Assembly: GCA_028700905.1 (NCBI GenBank)
Contig: JAQVRT010000019.1
Coordinates: 1-12,877, forward strand
DNA length: 12,877 bases
From: Candidatus Iainarchaeum sp.
GTDB taxonomy: Archaea; Iainarchaeota; Iainarchaeia; Iainarchaeales; CSSED10-239
Direction: 5' to 3'
This document shows, piece by piece, positions 1 to 7,185 of the stretch. A program made the translations under genes and the position numbers. Numbering within the stretch: position 1 is the first letter of the stretch; each line of letters starts with the position of its first letter. Under the pieces are notes generated by a model, which saw only the letters and a list, made by a program, of their open reading frames with translations, made no database searches and had not been told where the DNA came from.

Positions 1-814
1 TAGAAGGATTTTCTAAAAATTTTCTAGAAGATGCTATAAATAAACTTAATTGTTTTAAACTTACAGCAGATGCTACATTTCTAGTATCATCAATAGGATC
101 AATTACAACTAAGCTTTCAGAAAATCTTGCTAAATTAACATGTTGCTCTTTAAGTAAAGTAAATTTTATAGGATATTGCCAGTTTGAAGCGTTTTCTAAA
201 ACTGTTATAAAATCTCCATAAAATAAAATTAAAAGTTCACATAAATAACCAGAAAATCCAGAAACAGAAGTGTCAGCTCCATAAGCTCCTATTTGTTTTA
301 AAAAATATTTTAAAAGTCTAGTTTCATCTTTTTGTGTTTCAGACATGTTTTTTAAAACAAACATTAAATGTAAAACAGTTCTATCAACTGCAGAAATTAT
401 AGGTTCATTAGGTTCTATTTTATATGCAGGCACAACTTCAACTTTATGTCCGTCAATTACACCTCTTATATAAGGGTGTTGAGAATAAGCTTTTTCCCAA
501 AAATATCCTTTAAAAGCTTTTTGACCTAATAAAAGACCTTCTTCAATAAATTTTGTTTTTTCAAGAGAAGGAGGATAAATTACAAAAACATCAAAATCTT
601 TTGTATCTCTTAAATTAGTACCTTTTCCAAAAGAACCTGCACAAACAGCAGATAAATGTGGTCCAGGTAATTTTTCAATCTTTTTTATAACATTATCAAT
701 AAATCTTTTTTCTTTTATATTTTGAGAAGTACTAGGTTTTATTTGAGAAAGTAATTTCTTTCTAGTATCTCTATAAATTGATACTTTTGATTTATCAAGA
801 TTTATTGAAGACAT
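1..814 (-). CDS. cca: CCA-adding enzyme (archaeal class I tRNA nucleotidyltransferase), N-terminal part; the ORF runs off the left window edge
   Basis: Absent from the supplied track because it is open at the edge. Hand translation of the minus strand from the ATG (complement of 812-814) gives MSSINLDKSKVSIYRDTRKK...CAGSFGKGTNLRDTKDFDVFVIYP...SQHPYIRGVIDGHKVEVVPAYK...SAVDRTVLH...ETRLLKYFLKQIGAYGADTSVSGFSGYLCELLILFYGDF...VVIDPIDDTRNVASAVSLKQL, with no stop down to position 1. These blocks match, in order, the conserved blocks I recall from archaeal CCA enzymes: GS..R.T.L....D.DVF, EHPY, SAVDRTP.H, GFSGYLCELL and DP.D..RNVA. Confidence 0.85.
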   Translation of the reverse strand, partial: MSSINLDKSKVSIYRDTRKKLLSQIKPSTSQNIKEKRFIDNVIKKIEKLPGPHLSAVCAGSFGKGTNLRDTKDFDVFVIYPPSLEKTKFIEEGLLLGQKAFKGYFWEKAYSQHPYIRGVIDGHKVEVVPAYKIEPNEPIISAVDRTVLHLMFVLKNMSETQKDETRLLKYFLKQIGAYGADTSVSGFSGYLCELLILFYGDFITVLENASNWQYPIKFTLLKEQHVNLARFSESLVVIDPIDDTRNVASAVSLKQLSLFIASSRKFLENPS

Positions 815-876
815 AATAATAATTATAGAACATAAACAATATAAATTGTTTTATAAATTAATTTTAAAAAAAAAAT

Positions 877-1719
877 TTAGTTATTAATATCTTGTGAAAA
901 GTTATCATCGTTTAAAAAATCATCATCAGAAAAATTTTCATCAATTAAAATATTTTGATCATAAAAGTTTTCATCAACAATATTTTCAGTAACAATATTG
1001 TTATCAACTAAAGAATTTTTGTCATAATTACTTAGTTTATTTTGAATATCTGTTAAAGAACCTTCAATCATTTTAGCATCTTTATACATTTGATTAAAAG
1101 AGACATATAAAGAATCATAAACAAATTCTTTTGATTTAGGATTAATCAATAATAATTTTTCATTTAAATTTAAAATTACTTCTGATTGTAAAACATCTCC
1201 AAAAGGATAGTTAACCATAATTACAGAATTATTGGTATCTAAAAGAGATAAACATTCTTCACTTGTAAGTTCAACATTTTCTAAAACATTTCCATTATTT
1301 GATTGACAATAAAGAAGATTATTTTCATTATCAATTACAGAAATTAAAAGAACAGTATTTTTATTTTTTGCAGATAGCATTGATTGAGAAAATACAAGAC
1401 CATCAATTACAGAAGATAAATAATTTGAATCTTGATAATAGTAATTAAAGACTAATAAATAATTTTGATCAGTTCCAAATATTTCAAAACCTTCATGTAT
1501 ATGAAAATTAACTGACTTAAAATCAATATCATTACTTGAGAAAGAAGTTCTTGTTTCAACAACAATTTTACTTAATATCAATGCAATTAATATTGCAACA
1601 ATTATAATTAATATCAATTTAACAATTAATTTATTTCTTCTTTTAATAGAAGATTTTTTTTTAATTTCTTTAACAGTTTGTGTTTTTGCAGAAACTAATG
1701 CTTGAGCCATTTTAATCAC
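877..1719 (-). CDS. Hypothetical single-pass membrane protein with an acidic Asp/Asn/Phe-rich C-terminal tail
   Basis: 280-aa ORF. It has a basic N-terminus (KKKSSIKRRNK) followed by one strongly hydrophobic helix (LIVKLILIIIVAILIALILSKIVV). I recognise no family in the remainder. It lies 3 nt from the upstream gene (1723-2217), suggesting co-transcription. Confidence 0.6.
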   Translation of the reverse strand: MIKMAQALVSAKTQTVKEIKKKSSIKRRNKLIVKLILIIIVAILIALILSKIVVETRTSFSSNDIDFKSVNFHIHEGFEIFGTDQNYLLVFNYYYQDSNYLSSVIDGLVFSQSMLSAKNKNTVLLISVIDNENNLLYCQSNNGNVLENVELTSEECLSLLDTNNSVIMVNYPFGDVLQSEVILNLNEKLLLINPKSKEFVYDSLYVSFNQMYKDAKMIEGSLTDIQNKLSNYDKNSLVDNNIVTENIVDENFYDQNILIDENFSDDDFLNDDNFSQDINN

Positions 1720-1722
1720 ATT

Positions 1723-2217
1723 TTATAATTTTAAATATTTATTTATTTTTTTTAAATTTAATTTAAGATCTTTTGAAACCTCTATAGGCACATAATCTAT
1801 TTTTTTAGAATTTAATTTTTCTTGAAAATAATTAGTTTTATGACAAAATATATTTTCTTCAATTTTTAAAACAGGATAGTTTCTTTCAGCCATTCTATCT
1901 CTTAAAGATTTTTCAGAAGATAATAAAAGAAAAACAAAATCCATTTTTTTTAAAAAAAGTTTAGAAACTTCACAAAATAAATGACCTTCAAAAATAATAT
2001 TTTTTTTCTTTTTTAAAAGATCAAGACATTTTTTTGAAAGAAGAGATGTATCAATTTCATAATCTTTTGTTTCTTCATTTAAGATCGCAATATTATTTTC
2101 TTTAGAAAAATCTTTATCATTAACAACTAAAAACTTTTGAAAAGGAAATTTTTTTTTAACTTCTTGTGCAAGTGTTGTTTTACCACTTGCAACAGAACCT
2201 GTAATTACAAAATACAT
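1723..2217 (-). CDS. P-loop NTPase, Fap7/AK6-type putative adenylate kinase
   Basis: 164 aa. An N-terminal Walker A motif (ITGSVASGKTT) sits directly after the start. The size and layout are typical of the small archaeal Fap7-like kinases. Assignment below the P-loop kinase level is tentative. Confidence 0.55.
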   Translation of the reverse strand: MYFVITGSVASGKTTLAQEVKKKFPFQKFLVVNDKDFSKENNIAILNEETKDYEIDTSLLSKKCLDLLKKKKNIIFEGHLFCEVSKLFLKKMDFVFLLLSSEKSLRDRMAERNYPVLKIEENIFCHKTNYFQEKLNSKKIDYVPIEVSKDLKLNLKKINKYLKL

Positions 2218-2223
2218 AATACC

Positions 2224-4116
2224 TTACCTTAATCTAACACTCTCTAAATTTTGAATTGAAAGTGTATTAATGTGGAATTTCTTTGCAACAAATCTTGCAA
2301 ACTCAGGACAAGAATCACCGTGATTTACTAAAATTGTTTTTGGTTTAGGATTTAAACTTGTAACATAATTTAATAATTCTTGACGATAAGCGTGCCCTGA
2401 AAAAGCATCAATAGTTTCAATTCTAAGATTAACATTTAATGTTTTTGTTTTTCCTTTAGAATCATTAATTATCATTGATTTTAAACCTTTTTGCACCTTT
2501 TGTCCTAAACTATTTCTTGCTTGATATCCTACAAAAACTAAAGAATTATTTGGATTATCTGCAAGTTCATTAAAATATGCAACTGAAGGACCACCTGTAA
2601 GCATTCCTGAAGATGCAATAATAATTGAACCAGGAGAATTTAAAACATTTTCTCTAGAATTTTCTTCATAATCTACAGATTTAAAAAGTTTTGAAGAAAA
2701 TGGAGAATTATTTTGTAAAACTCTAGTTTTAATATTCATTTTTAAATACTCAGGATAAACAGTGTGTATTAAAGAAGCTTCTCTTGTCATACCATCTATA
2801 AAAACATTTTCCGCTTTTAATTTACCACGTCTAAAATATTCTTCTAAAACAATCATTACTTCTTGAGCACGACCAACTGAGAAAACAGGAATTAAAGCAA
2901 TTCCTCCTTTATCATAAGTTTCATTTAAAACTTCTATTAAATGATCTTCAGATTTATTTCTAGAAGGATTTAATGGTTTTCCACCATAAGTACTTTCTAA
3001 AATTAAAGTATCAACTCTTGGATAATTTGCATCCATGTTATTATATAATCTTGTAAAACCATATTTAATATCTGCAGAATAAACTAAATTATGTTTTCCA
3101 TCACCTATATGTAGGTGTGCAGAAGCAGATCCTAAAATATGTGCAGAATTATGGAAAGTAAGTCTTATTCCAGGAGCAATATCTGTAACTTCTCTAAAGT
3201 TTTTAGTTATACAGTGTTTAATAACCTCTTTAACATCTTCTTCACCATAAAGAGCCTCTCTACCTGTTTTTTCAGAAACAGAAATTGCATCTAAAAGTAA
3301 AAGAGCCATAATATCTTTTGTAGGCTCTGTACAATATACAGGACCTCTATAACCTGCTCTAAAAAGATAAGGTAAGAAACCTACGTGATCTATGTGAGCA
3401 TGTGTTATTACAACTGCATCAAGTTCATCTAAAGGAAATCTTATAACACCAAAGAAAGGTGCTTCTTCATTTTTATCAGCTGGATTAATTCCACAATCTA
3501 AAAGTATTTTTGTATCAGGAGTTTCTAAAAGTATAGCACTTCTTCCAACTTCTCTAAAACCACCAAGAGCTGTCATTCTAACCCATTCTTTATTACTTAC
3601 AGGAGGAGAATATATTTTTTTTGCAACTTCTTTTAGAAATTGTTTTCTTTCAGTATTATTTTTAATTGCATACCCTCTTATTTTTTTAATAATTTCAGAA
3701 GGTTCAAGTGGTGCTCTTAATATTTTTGGAATCCATTTTGTTTCTTTAATAATTGCTTTTGAAACATCCCCTTGTTTTCCAATAACAACACCAGGCTTAT
3801 CTGCTTCAATTACAACCTCTGAAAAAACTCCATCAAAAGCAATTGACTTTATTCCAGCATCTTCTGGAATTATTTCTTTAATTTTATTGTAGGCTTCAGC
3901 TGAATCCATTAAAGATGATTTTTCAGTTCTTATATTAATTCTTTTTTTAAATTTGTCAGCAATTTCACCAACAATTGTTTTATTACTAAAAAAAGAATAA
4001 GGGTCATTTGTATAGATAGCAATCTCTGAAGCTTCAGGTTCTATCTTTGAAAACGACATATTTTTCTCATTTAAGAGAGTAGAAATTTGTTTTTTAATAT
4101 TATCGAATAAGTCCAT
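2224..4116 (-). CDS. fttA: aCPSF1 / FttA: KH-domain, metallo-beta-lactamase, beta-CASP ribonuclease (archaeal transcription termination and RNA processing factor)
   Basis: 630 aa. The N-terminal KH region has a GxxG motif (VVIGKQGDV). It is followed by the metallo-beta-lactamase signature ITHAHIDHVG and a beta-CASP-type C-terminal half (ESTYGG..., FSGHA, VNHGD). The length and domain order are those of archaeal CPSF1. Confidence 0.9.
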   Translation of the reverse strand: MDLFDNIKKQISTLLNEKNMSFSKIEPEASEIAIYTNDPYSFFSNKTIVGEIADKFKKRINIRTEKSSLMDSAEAYNKIKEIIPEDAGIKSIAFDGVFSEVVIEADKPGVVIGKQGDVSKAIIKETKWIPKILRAPLEPSEIIKKIRGYAIKNNTERKQFLKEVAKKIYSPPVSNKEWVRMTALGGFREVGRSAILLETPDTKILLDCGINPADKNEEAPFFGVIRFPLDELDAVVITHAHIDHVGFLPYLFRAGYRGPVYCTEPTKDIMALLLLDAISVSEKTGREALYGEEDVKEVIKHCITKNFREVTDIAPGIRLTFHNSAHILGSASAHLHIGDGKHNLVYSADIKYGFTRLYNNMDANYPRVDTLILESTYGGKPLNPSRNKSEDHLIEVLNETYDKGGIALIPVFSVGRAQEVMIVLEEYFRRGKLKAENVFIDGMTREASLIHTVYPEYLKMNIKTRVLQNNSPFSSKLFKSVDYEENSRENVLNSPGSIIIASSGMLTGGPSVAYFNELADNPNNSLVFVGYQARNSLGQKVQKGLKSMIINDSKGKTKTLNVNLRIETIDAFSGHAYRQELLNYVTSLNPKPKTILVNHGDSCPEFARFVAKKFHINTLSIQNLESVRLR

Positions 4117-4266
4117 ATTTGTTCACATTGTTTTTAAAAAAGTATAAATATCATATATTTAATTGTATAATTTAGATTAATTTTCTTTATTGTTTATTTA
4201 AAATAAAAATAAAGATTATAAAGTATAAAAAATTTTAAAGTAATTTTAAAAAAAATAAAAAAAGAA

Positions 4267-4872
4267 CTATTTATATTTTTCAATAGGTAGTTCTTCAATA
4301 CCATCTTTTTTAATAATTACAACTTTTATTCCGTCTCCGCCAGTATAAACATCTCTTTTCTTAGCAGAAGTTATAGCGTCTTTTGCAAGTTCAATAGTAT
4401 CTTTAATAGAAATATTATTTTTATAGCCTTTATCAAGCGCACTTAAAGCAAGTTCTGAACCTGAACCTGAGAATGAAAAATTATCTTCTTTTGAAAATCC
4501 TCCAAGCATATCTAAAGAATAAAGCTCTTGATCAGCTCCTGCAACAATTAATTGAGAATAAAATGGAAGCATTTTACTAGAATTTAAAATATTTGATAAA
4601 AGGGTTACACATGATTTTGTACTTAATGGCCTTTTATGTTCAAGTTCATAAAGGTTAGCGTGATTTTGAAGATATCTAATTAAAACCATAGCATCCCCTA
4701 CAGAACCTGCAATTGTCATTGCAATAGAATCATTAATTTTGTAAATTTTAGTAGTATTATTATTAACTGCTAAATTACCCATTGTAGCTTGCATATCAGC
4801 TGCTAAAACAATACCATCTTTTGCAACAATACCAACTGTTGTTGTACCTGTTTTTAATGTTTTATCATTCAA
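4267..4872 (-). CDS. psmB: Proteasome subunit beta (20S)
   Basis: 201 aa. A short propeptide is followed by the processing and active-site motif KTG/TTTVGIV. The typical Ntn-hydrolase blocks GSVGDA and GSGS are present. Confidence 0.9.
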   Translation of the reverse strand: MNDKTLKTGTTTVGIVAKDGIVLAADMQATMGNLAVNNNTTKIYKINDSIAMTIAGSVGDAMVLIRYLQNHANLYELEHKRPLSTKSCVTLLSNILNSSKMLPFYSQLIVAGADQELYSLDMLGGFSKEDNFSFSGSGSELALSALDKGYKNNISIKDTIELAKDAITSAKKRDVYTGGDGIKVVIIKKDGIEELPIEKYK

Positions 4873-4878
4873 AATAAT

Positions 4879-5556
4879 TCACCCTTTTTTTTTAGTTAAT
4901 TTTTGAACAAACTTAACATTTTCATAATTTGTTGAATCAAAAACTAATTTTGCAAAAAATTGTTTAAAATAATCAATTTCTTGAGGAACCCCTAAAGGCA
5001 TCTCAACTTCAATATCATTTTCTTTTGAAATTAAATTAATTTGTTCTTTTGGCATAAAATAAAATGCCTTCTCTAAAAGTAAAGGAAGTTTATCAGAATC
5101 TTTAGAAATAACTTTATTTATTGTTACAGTATATTCTAAATCTCTTCCAGCATAAATAGGATTAAAATCAACTTTAACTCTTCCACCAGAAACAGAAATT
5201 ATTTTACCTGATCTATTTCCAATATTTACAAATAAACCAACTTCTGGTCTTACATTTTCTTTTTTAAATTCATTTAAAGAAACTAATTCTATTTTTTTAG
5301 GATCTTTATCTTTGAAAGCTTGTTCTTTTTTTAAAATAAATGTTTTTGTTTTAGAAACTTCTAAATCAGAAATATTATCTTCAATACCTTTTAAAAGTTC
5401 TCCAGTACCAAAAACATAATTTAAAGGCTTATATTCATTTTTTAAATTTAAATTATTTTCTTTTGCAATTTCTTTTTTTGTAGTATCTAAAATTTCATTA
5501 GTATTTGCATCTTTTAAAATTAGATCAATTTCAATAATATCTTTTGTCTTTATCAT
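4879..5556 (-). CDS. FKBP-type peptidyl-prolyl cis-trans isomerase (long archaeal SlyD-like type with insert-in-flap region and C-terminal extension)
   Basis: 225 aa. It carries the FKBP blocks FGTGELLKGIEDNISDL and VDFNPIYAGRDLEYTVTINKV (compare the VDFNHPLAGK motif of SlyD and archaeal FKBPs). It lies 6 nt upstream of psmB on the same strand. Confidence 0.8.
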   Translation of the reverse strand: MIKTKDIIEIDLILKDANTNEILDTTKKEIAKENNLNLKNEYKPLNYVFGTGELLKGIEDNISDLEVSKTKTFILKKEQAFKDKDPKKIELVSLNEFKKENVRPEVGLFVNIGNRSGKIISVSGGRVKVDFNPIYAGRDLEYTVTINKVISKDSDKLPLLLEKAFYFMPKEQINLISKENDIEVEMPLGVPQEIDYFKQFFAKLVFDSTNYENVKFVQKLTKKKG

Positions 5557-5815
5557 GTTAATTAACCTCTTGTCTTCTAATCATAGAAACTAAAAATCAA
5601 TAACCTATCTATTACTGTTTTTAAATAATTAAAACAGCCGAATAAAAATAGGAAATTTATAAAAGTAGATTTTTTATATAATATAATTATGAACCGAATT
5701 GCTTAAAAAGATTTGTTTTTATGTAGTAATTACCAATAAAAGTAAATTATTTATAAAATTTTAAAATATTAAAGAAATTATAAAAACTCTTTAAAAAAAT
5801 ATAATTTTTTATAAA

Positions 5816-5867
5816 TTGGCACCAACAATGCCAAAAAAAGATAAATTATTGGCACTAGCAGTGCTAA
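5816..5867. repeat. Two adjacent small hairpins sharing the direct repeat ATTGGCAC, downstream of the RT stop
   Basis: Hairpin 1 is TTGGCA (5816-5821), loop CCAACAA, TGCCAA (5829-5834): 6 perfect bp. Hairpin 2 is TTGGCAC (5849-5855), loop TAGCA, GTGCTAA (5861-5867): 7 bp including one G-T pair on the plus strand. Both are preceded by ATAAATT, and ATTGGCAC recurs at 5815 and 5848 (33-nt spacing). They are the only G/C-containing islands in a 356-nt ORF-free spacer. Confidence 0.5.
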
Positions 5868-5912
5868 GTAAACCCAAATAATATTTTTAAAGTTAAATTA
5901 AAAATAAAGATA

Positions 5913-6923
5913 TTATTTAATATTTAAAATATTTAAAAGCCTATAACAATTTGCATGCTTTGCATAACCTAAAAAAGAAAAAAGAGAAGACCTGAAGTTA
6001 AGTAAAGGCATTTTCTTTTGTTTTAGTAAATAATTATTTTTATTTTGTCTTTTTACAAATCTTTTAATGTTTGATTTTCTTAATCGTACAAAAGAGGAAA
6101 ATACCTTATACCCTAAAAAGTCAACACCTTTAGAAGTTAGGTTTGTATAACTTTTATTTTTAGGAACTGCTAAAAACAAATCTTTTTTTAGAAATAATTT
6201 TATTTTTCTTCTAAAAACCTTTAAATCTCTTTTAGAATCAGAAAATATTAAAAAATCATCAACATACCTATAATAATGTTTAATTTTTAAAGTATGCTTA
6301 ACAAATTGATCTAATTGATTTAGATAAATATTTGCAAACAATTGAGAAGTTAAATTTCCAATTGGGATTCCTTTTTTATTGTTTAAAGAAGAAAAAGAAT
6401 AACTATCTATTATTTGATAGATTATAGATAATAGTTTTTTATCTTTAATTTTTTTATAAATTATACTTTTTAAAACATCTTTATCTATTGAAGGAAAATA
6501 TTTCTTAACATCTTGTTTTAAATAATATTTTGGAGGGTTTTTTGATTGAACTAATTTTTTAATTTCTAAAAAACCTTTAAAAGTGCCTTTTCCTTTTCTA
6601 CATGCAAAAGAGTTGTTTATAAAAGATTTATCAAAGATAGGTTCAATGATGTTTATAATTGCATGTTGAACAACAACATCTCTAAAACAAGGGGCACTAA
6701 TTATTCTTTCTTTAGGTTCATATACCTTAAAGTTTCTGTATTCTGAAAAAGTATATTCTTGGTTTATTAACTCTTCTTGTATTAAAAAAAGTTCTTTTTC
6801 AAGATTGGTTGTAAACTTTAGAATATATTTTTTATTAGGGTTTGATTTTCTTGCTTTTTTATAGGCATTAAAAATATTTTTAAAAGAAGTGAATTCTTGC
6901 CAAAGGTTATTGTATGATTTCAT
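5913..6923 (-). CDS. Reverse transcriptase, diversity-generating retroelement (DGR) clade
   Basis: 336 aa with RT motifs in order. They are YRNFKVYEPKERIISAPCFRDVVVQHAI (motifs 1/2), ACRKGKGTFKG, KQDVKKYFPSIDKDVL (motif 3), GIPIGNLTSQLFANIYLNQLD (motif 4), YRYVDDFLIF (motif 5, YVDD catalytic box), VDFLGYKV (motif 7), then LRKSNIKRFVKRQ and a C-terminal SFLGYAKHANCYRL. The [ILV]GxxxSQ form of motif 4 is the DGR hallmark. The block-by-block resemblance to Bordetella phage BPP-1 Brt, as I recall it, also favours DGR over retron or group II intron RTs. There is no maturase/X or endonuclease domain. Confidence 0.85.
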   Translation of the reverse strand: MKSYNNLWQEFTSFKNIFNAYKKARKSNPNKKYILKFTTNLEKELFLIQEELINQEYTFSEYRNFKVYEPKERIISAPCFRDVVVQHAIINIIEPIFDKSFINNSFACRKGKGTFKGFLEIKKLVQSKNPPKYYLKQDVKKYFPSIDKDVLKSIIYKKIKDKKLLSIIYQIIDSYSFSSLNNKKGIPIGNLTSQLFANIYLNQLDQFVKHTLKIKHYYRYVDDFLIFSDSKRDLKVFRRKIKLFLKKDLFLAVPKNKSYTNLTSKGVDFLGYKVFSSFVRLRKSNIKRFVKRQNKNNYLLKQKKMPLLNFRSSLFSFLGYAKHANCYRLLNILNIK

Positions 6924-7157
6924 TTTTAAAAAGCCTTATTTAAAGTTAAGAGTTATTACAGATTTCTTTTTACATACTATAAAAATACTAAATGTAATAA
7001 CTTATCTTTATATTTGATTTTTTAACATAAAAACAAAATAGTTTTTATGGCACACATTATGTGCAATCAAGAAACATTTTACAGATGTAGTTTTTTAAAA
7101 TATTCGCTTTATATGTTTTTTTAAAACAAAAAAATAAACATACAAACTCTGATAAAA

Positions 7158-7180
7158 CCTCATTATTAAAAATAATAAGG
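7158..7180 (-). other. Stem-loop 5 nt downstream of the target-gene stop codon (candidate DGR VR-flanking hairpin and/or transcript terminator)
   Basis: Arms 7158-7167 and 7171-7180, loop 7168-7170. In minus-strand sense it reads CCTTATTATT-TTT-AATAATGAGG: 10 bp with one U-G wobble. It is followed in that sense by TTTT (complement of 7154-7157). Confidence 0.45.
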
Positions 7181-7185
7181 AGAAA

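Noticed and set aside
4117-4266. Archaeal TATA/BRE promoter calls. Examples are TTTATA-like boxes about 25-30 nt upstream of the ATGs of fttA (complement of 4143-4150), hel308 (9004-9013) and the DGR target (complement of 8603-8610), which would imply leaderless transcripts.
   Set aside because: TATA-like strings occur every few tens of nt in DNA this AT-rich, so position alone does not discriminate. I have not annotated them as features. TSS mapping would be required.
5811-5867. A mini CRISPR array or tandem repeat.
   Set aside because: There are only two imperfect units about 33 nt apart. The window has no further copies and no cas genes.
5913-6923. The RT as a group II intron maturase or a retron RT.
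   Set aside because: There is no X/maturase or endonuclease domain. I see no domain V/VI-like structured GC-containing RNA flanking the ORF. I also see no msr/msd-type inverted repeats upstream. Motif 4 is the DGR form (IGNLTSQ), and a CLec-fold target gene is adjacent.
7041-7100. Possible degenerate template repeat. At a fixed offset of 226 nt this spacer shares ATGGC, CAG and GTAG strings with the VR (7267-7326). Many of the differences are T in the spacer, which is A in gene sense.
   Set aside because: A position-by-position ungapped comparison gives about 20 of 60 mismatches at non-adenine positions, which true TR/VR pairs do not show. In T-rich DNA the allowed mismatch class is inflated by chance. 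I treat it as coincidence unless an alignment program says otherwise.
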